Assembly (NCBI RefSeq): GCF_018350175.1 | Contig: NC_058368.1 | Coordinates: forward strand, 55,244,001 to 55,308,000 | Source: Felis catus | Lineage: Eukaryota | Direction of reading: 5' to 3' | Length of the DNA: 64,000 nucleotides | Shown: piece after piece, positions 14,070 through 27,054 of the stretch | Position numbering within the stretch: the stretch's first letter is position 1 | How the letters are laid out: each line of letters begins with the position of its first letter | Program-made: the position numbers and the translations under genes | The notes under the pieces: generated by a model | Databases searched by the model: none | Seen by the model: the letters and a program-made list of their open reading frames with translations, nothing else | What the model was told of the DNA's origin: nothing

Positions 14070-14213
14070 ACTACTGTATCAACTCTGACATGTAGATTCT
14101 TGTAAGTCATCACTCTTATCTTTACAACAAGAATAAGAATACTGTGAAAATCAAAGACTTTTTACAGACTCATCAAACAACTGAAGTCAGAGGGAAAACC
14201 ACTACCTGAAAAT

Positions 14214-14258
<45 letters not shown>

Positions 14259-14477
14259 CTGACACAGAGAATCACAGCCAAAGTCATCATATGAAAGCAG
14301 AAGCTACCGGATCTGATAGGACACTTAAATATAACTTTGGCAAATTGTTGGAGGCAGTATATAGACAAGTGTGAAAGAGAAAATTCCTGAGGCCATAGTC
14401 TTAGAAGGCCTCCACAATTTTATGGGTTTTATCTCCCAACATTCTACAAAGTTTCCATGGTAAAGAATCAAGAGAAA
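14070..14477 (+). mobile_element. Old L1 5' region (L1MC/L1M4-like) containing (GA)n at ~14216-14256
   Basis: Motifs aactgaagtcagagggaaaaccactacctgaaaatc and aaattcctgaggccatagtcttag...ggttttatctcc resemble L1M 5' consensus sequence. Confidence 0.6.
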
Positions 14478-15305
14478 GCTCTTAGGGGCTACTTTGAGTC
14501 AAGAATGACTTCAAGGGTTCCTTCTGGAGGTTCACCAAGCCAATGTTTGCAGCCCCTTTGCCCCAATATCTCCAGCCCCAGGCAACTAGTTTGTCTTTAT
14601 TCCACTGTTTTGAAGATTTAACTACAACTTTGGCTTCCGAGTCCTACATGCTCAGAAGGCTGGGTATGGTGTACCTGTGGTACACAAAGTGAATTCCAAT
14701 GGACTTTGGAAGATGCAATCCCACAGCATATGTGTATTCATTTGTGATTATTGGAGAGAGGAGCTACGGGATGGGTGTGCACTCTTGGTCCACCAAAAGG
14801 TGTTTAAGATGCTTCTGGTTCCAGAAAATAGCTCTCCCTTGGCCTATTACCTCATTCCTCTCACAGGGACTGTGGGGTTGCTGGTTTTAGCCTTGGGAAC
14901 AGTGATGGTAGTTTGTTGTATCTAGCACTGTGTGCTGCCCCAGCTAAATTGACTGACCAAAGATCAAGTGAAACAGATTCCTATCCATGAGACCTACTTT
15001 TTCCATCTCCTTTGGCTCCCATCCCCCTACCCCTTGTCTTTCCAGGGTCTTCAGCGAGGCCCCACACTTTCCTTCTTGCTCTTCCTTTTCAGCTACCACT
15101 CCAGCCTAACATATCCCTTCTCCTACCTCTAGTGAACTGTTTGCACTGCACATTTTCCTCCCTCCAGCCTTCTATGTTGAGGGACAAGGGACATTTCTGT
15201 ATCAGGTTTCTCCCTTCCTGACCCCATTCTTTTGATAGGGTTGGGGTTGCAAAGGGACTGGGTCTTCATTTTACTAGGTTAATAAAATCGTTTTTGTGAA
15301 CATCA
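14478..15305 (+). pseudogene. RNF167: Processed pseudogene of the PA-TM-RING E3 ligase RNF167; 5'-truncated, RING domain deleted
   Basis: Intronless pieces translate to [74 protein letters not shown], then directly SFGS..PLVFPG. These match RNF167 as recalled ([60 protein letters not shown]). 3' UTR with AATAAA at ~15281; multiple stops and frameshifts. Confidence 0.93.
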
Positions 15306-15314
15306 ACAATAATA

Positions 15315-16140
15315 CTATTGAATTAGAACCCAGAGTATAAAACAAACATGAAGTCCATACAGATATAAATAGCTAATTCAGTAAGTTAAAACGAGGGAGG
15401 GCAAACACAAAGCCCCCATGCAGAATAATTTCAAATAGTTTATGCAGATCCTGCCCTCTCAAAGACAGGGAGCATAATTATCTGTTCCACACATGTGGAC
15501 TGCGCAAGTGACTTACTTCAAAAGTGTACAATATAGAAGTGGGTAAGGAGGACGAGAACTTTACAGTAAAGAAACCTGGTAAATACTACCTCAGCCCGGT
15601 GATTCATTGCCAAATCAACTGTCATTATGTTGCTAATATGTACACTTGAAAGATACAATGAAAATGGCACTTTCCATCTGTGATCTTCCTCTTGGTGATC
15701 TATAAACCCAATCTTATCATGGGAAAAATATCAAGCAAATTCTAGAATTATAAATTCTACAAAGTACCTGAGCAGTACCCCTTTAAAACTGTCAATGACT
15801 CACAAACAAGCTAGGTCTGTGAAAATATCACATCCAAGAGGAGCTTAAGAAAACAAATGTAGATGTAATTTGGTATCCTAGATGAGATTCTAGAACAGAA
15901 AAAGGACATTAGATTAAAAACTAAGGAAATCTAAGCATTTATGGGGTTTACTTAATAGCAATATATCAACATTTGTTCATGAATTTTAACAAATGTATAC
16001 TGTAATATATATGTAAGATATAATGTATACTGTAATATAATGTAAGATATTAATTGTAGGGCAAATTGGGTATGAGGTATGTGGGAACTATTTTCTCAAT
16101 TTTTTCTGTAAGTCTAAAATTGTTTTTAAAATGAAGTCTG
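15315..16140 (+). mobile_element. Old L1 3' end (L1MC/L1MD-type)
   Basis: Motifs ggtatcctagatgagattctagaacagaaaaaggacatt and aaattgggtatgaggtatgtgggaacta. Confidence 0.8.
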
Positions 16141-16337
16141 TATGAAATATCATCTCACACCTGTCAGAATGTCAAGGTTTACCAATTTTGCCAAGGCTAT
16201 GCCAAGTTTTACCAATTTTCCTGAGATCCAAAATTATACTTATTGTCTAAGTGTCATGTGGTTTAATTATGGATGGATAATTATGTTCTTATTCTTATTC
16301 TTGATAATTCTATTCTGGCCATTCATAACAAAGAATG

Positions 16338-16874
16338 TGTAATGGTTAATTTTATGCGTCAACTTGGTTTTGATAAGAGTTACCCAAATAGCAGGTGCAA
16401 CATTATTTCTAGATGTGTCTGTGAGGATGCCTCTGGAAGAGATTAACATTGAATCAACAGACTAGATAAAGAAGTTTAACTTCACCAATGTAGATGGGCA
16501 TTATCTGATCTGTTGAGGACCTAAATAGAATAAAAAGGTCGAGGAAGGGTAAATTTGTTCTCTCTTGTTGAATTGAGACATCCATTTTCTCCTGTCCTTG
16601 AATACCAGGGCTCCTGTTTTTCAGGTGATCAGACTCCTTGGGTCGTTAGACTCAGACCACAACACATATGCCCCTTTATTCTCTGGTCTTTGGTCTCTGG
16701 ACAGAAATACACTGTCTTTCCCGATTCTCTAGCTTGCAGACAGAAAATTGTGGTACTTCTGGGCTTCCATTACTGTGTGAGCCAACTTCTACAGTAAATT
16801 TCCTCTTATATATATCTACATATGTTCTTTCTATATATTCCATTGGCTCTATTTGTCTGGAGAACCCTAATACA
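16338..16874 (+). mobile_element. MLT2 (ERVL) solo LTR
   Basis: tgtaatggttaattttatgcgtcaactt...ctggagaaccctaataca; 5-bp TSD gaatg/gaacg. Confidence 0.93.
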
Positions 16875-17839
16875 GAACGGTTTACTAACTAATAACTAAC
16901 ATTTACTCCTCTAGCCCAAATGCATTTATTTATTATGCATGGGAAAGCACAAGGTAAATAAGCAAAAGACAATCATTGCTGAAAATGATAAAACATTATC
17001 CAATCTTTGAAATAAAAAGGGTCATGTTGAGTTGCTTATATTTATAAACTTTAATATAATTTTAAATTTAAAATGCATATAGAAGAATTTCACTTTTTAA
17101 TATTAAATTATTATTAATTCTGGGCTATAAAATCATGCAAAGCACTTCTGTTTGGAATTGTATTGAAGTTACTGATGAGTGATTTCTTTCATTTTTTATG
17201 TCACTTTCAGCAAACTTATAGAGCTATGAAAAATCTAAGCATTTTTAAATTAGCAACCTAAGTTAACTTCTTTTGAATAAATGTAGATTTCCTTAGATGC
17301 CATACAGCTTATGAAAGTAAATACTTGAAAATAATTATACATTCACTATAAAAAGATTCTGTTGTAATCCTTTAAGTGAAATCATTTATCATATTGTACC
17401 CACATATCTTATGATAGTATGTATTCTGTAGTAAAATTGCCTCACATGTACAAAGATGTATGTGCAAAAATGCTTCTTTCAATATTATAATAGCATAAAA
17501 AATGGAAAACTATATCTCTGTCAATATGAGAATAGTTAAATGATTTATGGTACATTGTGCTATGAACTACAATGAAACGCCACAGTGGAATAGTGTGCAT
17601 GTCTGTCCGTTTGCTCTGATGGGGAAATCATTCAAGGACATATTAGCAAATGCCCCAAAAAAGGGTTATAGAAAAAGAAGGTCTAGTATCATCATACTCA
17701 CGTACCATAGTCTTTGTAAAACTAATGGCATAGAGATAATGAAAACAAAGAAGAAAGTACTATATACAAAAATTAACTTAAAACCAAATTAAGGACTACA
17801 TTGATAGCATTTAGTAAAGTACCCAGAGACAAAAAATAG

Positions 17840-18470
17840 CAGTCTTTTATGGAGGCAGGGGGAGGGGTGAGGGAACTCCTCTGCTATTAATTCCAGATAT
17901 AGTTATAATGCCACCTGGGAAGGAGAAGCAGTAAAAGCCATATACTTCTAGAGGAGAGACAGAAGACACACTAGGTCTAGAAGCTTGTACTGATACAAAG
18001 TGGAGATCTGCTACTATGATGAGAGAGTTAGCAACATCCTCCTGCTCAAGACAACCCAGAGCTACAAGGCAGAGACTTACTGCCATGGGAGGAAAGGGGA
18101 AGGAAGGCGTAGGTGTACTGAGAAAACTCTACTCGCGGGTCCCAGGAACATAGACCATGCTTGAGACTAAGGCAACGCCAGTATATCAGAGAACCTCCTG
18201 CCTCTTCTTTGAGTCTTGCACCAAGCCACAAAGCAATAAATAACACTTTACTTCTGAGGAATACGCTGCAATGCATGTACACAGGACCTACAGAGTGCTG
18301 ACTGTGGAATAGAAAAACAGAAAAATCCTCTGGGATGTTAGGCCCCACAGCAAGCATAAAATAGAATTAGCCCATTGTTGATAGAACCAGAGTCTGCGGT
18401 ACACTGAAAATAATGACAGCAACAATGAAATACAAATTCAGTTCAACTTCAGACTGTATGGACTATATCT
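17840..18470 (+). mobile_element. Old L1 5'/ORF1-proximal fragment
   Basis: Purine-rich degenerate sequence with motifs (tgcttgagactaaggc, aaattcagttcaact) typical of L1M 5' regions. Confidence 0.45.
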
Positions 18471-18551
18471 CTATGACTTGAAATAACTAAAATATTTGGC
18501 ACTGAATAAAAAATGCAGTGAATAAAAAAATACAATGTGTCAATATATATT

Positions 18552-19200
18552 TGAGGAGTCTGGCTCCTGGTGAAAAACTGCCTGTTTAAGGCCTGTTTTT
18601 CAGGTCTGACCATATGCAGTTATAAAGGACAGTCCTTAACCTGACAGTCCTTCCAGGGAAGCTGCCCACCCCACACCTGGCTCCACACACAGCCAGTGTA
18701 CTGTATTCTCTGGCCACCACGCTTTCTGCATATCTGCACTCCTAGCTCTGGCGCCTTCATTCCTAGATCTCTTTATCCGAGTGTTGGGCCCAGGTCTTCA
18801 GCTGTCTCTGCTAAAGCCTCCTTATGTGTGTGTGCCAGGAGGTGGAGGGGAGAGACGTTGGGGGGAAACCTTGAAGACACTTCTCCCTACTCTAACTACC
18901 CAATACTTTTCCATTCCTAGCTCTCCCTTCTCACTCTTTCCCCCACTGCTGAGTCCAAAACCTGCCAGAACCTTTTACTGGATCTTTCTCAACAGTGAGA
19001 TAACCCTCCCCATCCTCACACCCATGCTGGCCCAAAATAGAACAAGAAAGGTCAGTGCTTTTTCTGATTTTAAACTCTTGGTTATACCATCTCAATAATT
19101 GACTAAAGACTTAACTCTTTATTTTTTAACTCTTTCTTTAATTGGCTACTCTGAACTTGGCAGTTCACCTCTCTCTCCCAGGTCAGCTGATTTCCTGACA
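18552..19200 (+). mobile_element. Solo LTR, ERVL-type (MER76/MER70-like, tentative)
   Basis: TG...CA termini, 5-bp flanks atatt/atgtt, and both ends homologous to an inverted copy at 38105-38515. Confidence 0.8.
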
Positions 19201-19873
19201 ATGTTAAAGATGAAATATGGAATTATCCTTTTATAAATATTTTCCTCTCATTGTCATATAATAGGTAATCCAGAACAGTATGGACACAGACAAACATTGA
19301 TATTTCTAAAATTTTCAGTAAAGTTTCATGTTAGAAAATTTAAAAATTGTTATTTCCCAAACTATCCAAACTATGCAGTAAGTATGTATGTAAGTAATTT
19401 ATTTTTGTTCCTGGAAAAGATAATTAGAATATTGATGGATTTTAAAAATATGTTTAAATATGTAATATCTTTCAGGAGTAAGGAATAATTTTTTTAAAAA
19501 TATTTATTTATTTTGAGAGAAAGCATGCATGTGCATTCAAATTTTTTTCAAAGAGATATTCAAATTAACAGAAAAATATTTGAAAAGCATGATTACAGAT
19601 TTTTCAGTATTGCTAAATCCATGAAGGCATTTTTCTCACCTTTCATGGTGCAAAGATTTTAAATAAAAAAAAAATATATCTGTGATTGCAGAATTTTTAT
19701 AGTGCCTTGATAAAATTCACATTTTTTTACTGAACAAGAATGGTTTTATGCATATGTTATATCTTAAGTGCATATCTTTCTTGTTTCACAACCCTCTGTA
19801 TGTATGTGCATGCAGTTATAGGTTTGTGCATTATTATGACATTACAGCTAATGATATAAAAATGTAGAGGTTT

Positions 19874-20060
19874 GGGGTGCCTCGGTGGTTCAGTCAGTTA
19901 AGCATCTGACTCTTAATTTCGTCTCAGGTCAAAATTTCCCAATTTGTGGGTTCAAGCCCTGCGTCAGGCTCTGTGCTGACATTGCAGAACATGGTTGAGA
20001 TTCTCTCTCTCTGCTCCTCCTTTGATTGCACTCTCTCTCTCTAAATAAATAAATTTTTTT
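19874..20060 (+). mobile_element. CanSINE
   Basis: ggggtgcctcggtggttcagtc head, CT tract and A-rich tail; TSD aaaaatgtagagg. Confidence 0.95.
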
Positions 20061-20509
20061 AAAAATGTAGAGGGTCATGAAGTGGATAAAGTTTAATTTT
20101 TGCCACTTCTGTGTCATGCTGGAGAACTGACATTTCACCTTTCTGTCTTCATTTTCTTCTTTATAAAAAGGGAGTGTTAATAGTAACTAACACATTGTGT
20201 TACAAACATTTACATGAAATAATAACATATATATAACTCTTAAATGTCTTTGGTAAATAGAAAAAGAATATTTTGTTCTCTATCTTCTATTCTCTCCCTC
20301 TACATTCTCTCCCTGTAGCATTTACAAAAAGCAAAACATAGCAAAATATAAATATTAACAGAAAAACATGTGCACAGAGGCATGAGATAATTTGATTTTA
20401 CTGTTTGTATAAAATTAAATGGACAGAATTTTGATTTAATAAAATGATGATTATCTTGTTTTCTCATAGCCTATTCATTTTTAATCCGTTTATACTTCAA
20501 GAAATAGAA

Positions 20510-21560
20510 AGAGCATACCAAAGCAATCTTGACAAAGAAGAACAAAGCTAAGCTTTAATAATCCCAGATTTCAAACTATACTACAAAGTTTTAATAATCA
20601 CAGTATAGTACTTGCATAAAATAGACACAGAGATCAATGGAACAAAATAGGGAGCCCAGAAATAAGCCCATGCTTATATGGTCAATTAATCTACCCACCC
20701 CCAAAAGGGAAAAATATGCAACGAAGAAGTAAAGTGTCTTCAAAAAATTGTCTGGGAAAACTGGAAAGCCTCATGCAAAACAATGAAACTGGACCACTTT
20801 CTTTTGCCATACGCAAAAATAAACTCAAAATAGATTTAAGACCTAAGTGTAAGACCTGAAATTTTAAAACTCCAACAGAAAACTTAGGTACTAAATTCTT
20901 AGACATTGGCCTTTGCAATAATTTCCTGGATCTGACTCATCAGGCAAGAGAAACAAAAGCAAAAATAAACAATTGGGACTATATCAAACTAAAAAGCTTT
21001 TGCACACTGAAGGAAACTATCAATAAAAGTTAAAGCAACTTACTTAATGGAAGAAGATATTTACAAATAATATATACAATAAGGGGTTAATATCCAAAAT
21101 GTATGAAGAACTCAACATAAATTATTTAAAAATGGGCAGAAGACTTGAATAGACACTTTTCCAAAGAAGACATGTAGATGGCTAATAGACACATGAAAAA
21201 ATGTTCAACATCACTAATCATCAGGGAAATAAAAATGAAAACCACAATAGGATATTATCTGACACCAGTCAGAATGACTAGTATCAAAAAGACAAGAAAA
21301 AACAAGTGTTGGTGAGGCTGTGGAGAAACGGGAACTGTTGGTGGAATGTAAGTCAGTGTAGCCAGTATGGAAAACTCTATGGAGGTTCTTCAAAGAATTA
21401 AAAATAGAACTGTCATATGATACAGCAATCCACTCTAATTACATATCCAAAGGAAATGAAAACACAGTATGGAAGAGATATCTGAACTCCCTAAAGCATT
21501 ATACATAATAACCAAAGTATGGAAACAACCTAAGTGTCCATCACCATATGAGTGGATAAA
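20510..21560 (+). mobile_element. L1 ORF2 3' fragment (L1MA/L1_Carn-type)
   Basis: aaagcaatcttgacaaagaagaacaaagct, gatttcaaactatactacaaag, aaactaaaaagcttttgcaca and aacctaagtgtccatca. Confidence 0.93.
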
Positions 21561-21569
21561 TAGTTAGCT

Positions 21570-22920
21570 GGGATTGGAGATACCAGGATCCAAGGGAGAT
21601 GAAAACATCATTATGGTGAATCTGGCACTTTCCTCTGCTTTTCCATCAAGACATTTGCTAATATGCAGCCTGGGGAGAAAGACTACATATCCCAGCAGAA
21701 ACCGAAGGAATCTATGAGATTTTAGTAGGCAATAGGGCAGGAGAGAAGAGAATTGGATTTCAGGCCAGCCAAGGCAGTCAGACTTGAAGGGCTAAATTCC
21801 CAGTGAGAAATGGGTTTGACATTTTGCAACACTTTAATTGTTGATGTGTTTCCAGATGCCTAGCCTATACAAACAGAAAGCAGCTGCTGTTAAAATGCTG
21901 AATAGTTCAGTGAAACCATCAGAAATTTTGGTTGTAAGGAGATAAAAATTAGACTTTCAGAACTATGAAGAAGGAAGAGTATAGATAACATTTCCTTCTT
22001 TCAATTAAGTCTCTAATTGGCTAATTTACACAGTTAAGAACACACAAGAAAGAGACCCAAAAAGCTCTGAAAACTATTGTTTGGATCGTGTACTGAATCT
22101 AATTTCATTCTCTTTCTGATAATTAAATATGACCTGTTGGAGGAGACTCTAGAGTTTGTAGACTCTACAATTTTCATACACTATTTCAGATAATTTCTCA
22201 AAAAATGAGCAGACCAATAAACTAGACCAATTGAAAAACAGTAACACTTGAAATTGATTCATAAAAGCCTAGATTCCTGAGTTATCAAAATGGATTAAAA
22301 ATTATGATGTGAGGGGCGCCTGGATGGTTCAGTCGGTTAAGCATCCGACCTAGGCTCAGGTCAAGATCTTGCGGTTTGTGAGTTCGAGCCCACATCCAGG
22401 CTCTGTGCTGATGGCTGGGAGCCTGGAGCCTGCTTCTGTCTCCCTCTCTCTCTGTCCCTCCCCTGTTCATGCTCTGTCTCTGTCTCTCAAAAATAAATAA
22501 ATGTTAAAAAATTTTTTAAATTATAATGTGATTAATATATTTGTGAAAACAGAGGGTGTATAATGTGACTAATATATTTGTGAAAAATAGAGGGTGAGAT
22601 ATAAAATTTTGTCAGGGAAAAAAGATCTATAAGAGAATATTATGAGACTTCTTAGAGTGAGATATGTGTATATATACATACACACATATATATAAAATTA
22701 AAGTTGAAAGTAAAAGAATGAATTTAACAGTAGGTTGGACACAACTGAAAAACTCACTAGAAAATGAAAAAATTGAAGGACACTGAAAAGCACACAAACT
22801 GAAAAGGAAAAGGGAAAAAATGTGGGAAAACCCAGAAAAGAGGGTAAGGCATTTAGTTAGAAGTTGTACTTTACTTGTAACTGGCTTTCCAGAAGCAGAG
22901 GAAAGAATGGAGCAGAAGTG
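21570..22920 (+). mobile_element. Degenerate L1 5'/ORF1 region
   Basis: ORF1-like motifs (aatttaacagtaggttggacacaactgaa, tgtaactggctttccagaag) in A-rich sequence. Confidence 0.55.
22313..22517 (+). mobile_element. CanSINE
   Basis: ggggcgcctggatggttcagtcgg head; TSD aaattat(g/a)atgtga. Confidence 0.96.
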
Positions 22921-25470
22921 ACTTCTGAGAATATTCCCTACGAACTTCCCACAGCTTGGGTTACACCAATGTCTGCCTCTGGTTTTTCAGGTTGGGAACT
23001 CTGTGGAGTTCTGCATCAAAGTTTTAACCATCATTTATACCTCCAACTGTAGCCTTCTCTCAGTATAAATCCAAAAAATGTGATCACTCACCTCATGCTT
23101 CACTCTTCTTCCAAGTACTGACTCCACTCTAGAATCTGCCTGATTTTGTTCACTCTCTAGTAACTTCAAGTACTTTTAATTTTGTAATTGTCCAAGATTT
23201 ATATGAGCTGACATTGTTATGGAAGTCTATGGTAGGAGCTTACCTGGATAGGCTCAAATTGTACCCCTGCCCTATGGGAAGAAGGTTCAGTAACTATTTT
23301 AAAATATTTCATTTTGATGAACATTTTTTGAGGATTTATTCTATTTAAGTTAATATTGCAACTGTTGGGGTTAAGAAGAAAATTAAACAAGATTTCAGTT
23401 TTAAGTACCTTAAAGAAAGAACATCAATAAAAAAAATACTGTAACTTTTTATGATAGAGGCTAAGAAAAAGTCATGTTCTGAATGCTACAAAATCTGTCT
23501 GAAATGTGAAAGGTGGATGAATTTTAAAGGGGTAAAACTAATCTCAGAGAATAATGCATTATTTCAATATTTTCAGTAATAGATAATACATGTATGAGTT
23601 AGTAGAGAAGGAATATTAACAGTTGGCATGCAAAGGCAGAAAATAAGAGTCAAGTAAGATCTAGAACATAAAATAGATAAACAAAAACTTATTTAGAAGG
23701 TCAGAAGTAGTTCTCATGGTAAAGAGTTGTTATCAACAATTGTGTTAACTGCAATGTATTAGACTTGGATAATTGGACACATGATCGAAGATTTACCAGT
23801 GATTACTGTGTTTAAGTATTCTACAGTAATAGGTAATTCTTTCCATCCAGGTTTTTTGTGGAGTCAAATGAGTGAATACATATTTGTATATCATCCAATG
23901 ATAACTGTAAAGAACTCATGAACATAACCATGGTAACCACAACAATTAAACATATGGAGATCTAAGGAGAGTATATGGAAGAAGGACAGAGTCATGAGCT
24001 ATCTCTGAGGCACCACAATGCTGAGAGGTGAAGATACACCTTTTTAATGTGGCCTCCTTTAATTACATAGACATTTCCAGACCTAATAGCACTGGTTTAT
24101 TGGAAGAAACGTTTTCTACTTATTCCACTGAGTATAGCAATAATTCATAGAAATAAGGTACATGCTTATTAAAAATGATTAATTTTCTCCAGGCTAATGG
24201 AGAAATTTTGAGTACTTGAACTAGAAAATTCGGAAACATAAAAATAGCTTATCAAATACTTGGCTAGATTCTAACTTTTGCAGAAAGTCTGAAGGCCAAA
24301 AAGGATGTAGAAAAATATGCGATGTATGCATTCGGGAGAAAAATTAATGATCCAAATCTTGGAAATATAAGGTATGAATAAAGCTTAAAGGAATGATAAT
24401 TAGGTAGCTCGAGAGAAGACTGCTGGCAGGTGACCTAATAACTTGTATTCTGTATAAGAAGGGTCATTATAGTTTAAAAAATGAATCCTTATTGAAGTGA
24501 GCCAAGGCAGCTGTATTTAATTATGGCAAGATAGATGTGGGTTTCACTGAATTAAACCACTTTAGCATTTGGAATAATTACTATTGAAAATGAGTCATTG
24601 AAATTTTTTTTTCTTTGAAGATCTAGTATAATGCTGATTTGGAATAGGTGATATGCAAGTCTTTTACAGAAATTATATGGAATTTTAAGGGAAATTAAAA
24701 ACATACAGTTTAGAAAGTGGTTGTGTTAATTTAACACTGAAGTTATCATGGAATTAACTGGTGTATTTCAAAAATAACTCTGATCTCCAAGCTATGGCAA
24801 ATAAATAATGAATTTTTTATTTGTAAGCTAGTAAAAACAGTTTATGTATAAATCTAAGTATGTGTACATCTGAATCATAAAATAAAAACAGCAATAATTT
24901 AGGATAAATTTAGATACCCTCTAATCCAACACCCATTCCTGGAAATTTATTTCTTATATCACAGGAACACAAAAAATAATCTATGTAAGTATGATTATTG
25001 CCACATTATATATAGTAGCAACAAGTTCCAAGCAAAGTAAATACCTATCAATGGAAAAATGTATGAAATTATTTTACATACTGATTGATAAACATTATCC
25101 AATCAAAAATAATATTTGAAATGTATTAAGAGAATTTGCAGAAGTTATTGTTGAGTGAGGAAGGAAATGCATGTGTAATAATTATATTACAGTAAAAATA
25201 ATCTGAGCATGCAAATAAATATATGCACATATATGCCTGTAAATAGATGGAGGGTGTTCCTTGTTGATTCATTTATTATGAATTGGCATGATAAATGATG
25301 AGGAATAGACTGGGAGTGGAAAAGGAAAAGAAAAGAAAAAAGATAAAAATTGCTATGATTGCCAAATAATAAAAACAAAAGGATAATCACTTTGTTGCTT
25401 TTACATAAATTATGCATGTTTTAGAAATAAAATCTAAAATGCTTTTAATGAAATTGGTGAAAATGATTTT

Positions 25471-25689
25471 TTTTTAATTTTTTTTTAACGTTTATTTATT
25501 TTTGAGACAGAGAGAGACAGAGCATGAATGGGGGAGGGGCAGAGAGAGAGGGAGACACAGAATCCGAAGCAGGCTCTAGGCTCCCAGCCATCAGCCCAGA
25601 GCCCGACGCCGGGCTGGAACTCACGGACCTCGAGATCGCGACCTGAGCTGAAGTGGGACATTTAACCAACTGAGCCACCCAGGCGCCCC
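25471..25689 (-). mobile_element. CanSINE (SINEC_Fc)
   Basis: Full element; long TSD gaaattggtgaaaatgatttt (25450-25470 and 25691-25711). Confidence 0.97.
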
Positions 25690-26830
25690 AGAAATTGGTG
25701 AAAATGATTTTCTAATGAATTGCAGCACTTGCTTAGAAAGTATGATCCTTAATATGGTACAGAAATATCTCCATCACCTAAGTTATATAGCAGCTAAAAA
25801 TACAGTGAGGACTGTATTAATGTGTATAGTAATTAATATGTGTTGGAAAATTTATTGTTCATCTTAAAAATCTTATGCTTTTCAGGTTATTTGAAAATAA
25901 TAGAAATAAAATTTCAGTGTACAGAAAAAAAATTGTACTTAAAAATGCCTCGTTGCCTAAAGATAACAAGAACTCTGTGGCATTTAGTACTATTATTATT
26001 TTATTTATTACACAATTAAAAAAACAAAATTTGCCTTGATTTTCATTGGCTTTCAGAAAACCTTTTTTTGAAAGTTAGTGAAAGTGAAAACAAAACTTAC
26101 TAAAATTTTCACTGTTAATTACATTAAGAGGTGATGCTTTTCTTGTCCATGCCTTGAAGAAAGAAGAGGAAAAATCTTTCTTAAAAAATAAAGGTTATAA
26201 ATTCACACCTGTAAACCCTGTGCCAAACAAGGAGAAAAAAAAAACTAAATTGGGAAGCATAATACTTTCCTAATGGAAACACTGATAGCCTGGACTTTCT
26301 AACCCCTGGTATTATGTACAGCATTATGACCTTGAATGCTGTGAGATAATACTTTTTTCCCTCTTTCCTTTTTTTTTTTTTTTTTTTCATTTCAAAAGTT
26401 CCCATTAACCTAAGTCATTGAGATGCTGGGGTTAGAAAAAAAAAAAAGTTCACATGAAAGATGATAATTAGTTTGGGAGGTTGAGTTTAACTTTTCCTAA
26501 GGATACAGTGTCTTTCGTTACTTAGAAACACATTTTGGTCATAGAATGGAAGGGAAATATGCCCTTCAGGAAACTTGTAACTAATGGGAAATCCTTCTGC
26601 TCTGCACAGTCTTAGGAATTGGATAGAATTTTTCAAACACCATGTCTTTTTTTGTAAATATATATCTTTTCATAAGAAAGTACCTTTTTTTCACATCTTT
26701 AATAACTTGGAAGATTATTTTATCATCAAAAATAGCAAAATCAAATCAGGTCTCACTCTTTATTTTTCTAGTTCCATGTTCCTATGTAATAAAACAAAAA
26801 TGGTTAAACAATAACTTTAAAAATGCATTT

Positions 26831-27054
26831 TTATTTATTTATTTTTCAACGTTTTATTTTATTATTTTTGGGACAGAGAGAGACAGAGCATGAACGGGGG
26901 AGGGGCAGAGAGAGAGGGAGACACAGAATCGGAAACAGGCTCCAGGCTCTGAGCCATCAGCCCAGAGCCCGACGGGGAGCTCGAACTCACCGACGATGAG
27001 ATCGTGACCTGGCTGAAGTCGGACGCTTAACCGACTGCGCCACCCAGGCGCCCC
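26831..27054 (-). mobile_element. Very young cat CanSINE (SINEC_Fc)
   Basis: CpG-intact copy of the same subtype as 9753; TSD taaaaatgcattt. Confidence 0.98.

Noticed and set aside
14677..14925. ORF with a transmembrane helix as a functional small protein
   Set aside because: It is a fragment of the RNF167 pseudogene, with a frameshifted middle, a premature stop and a GTG start.
15992..16050. Short direct repeats (also 6928-6957 and 8129-8157) as an array or CRISPR-like structure
   Set aside because: These are two-copy slippage duplications with no spacers, in mammalian DNA.
19490..19535. Possible severely truncated SINE tail
   Set aside because: Too short, with no head or TSD, to call with confidence.
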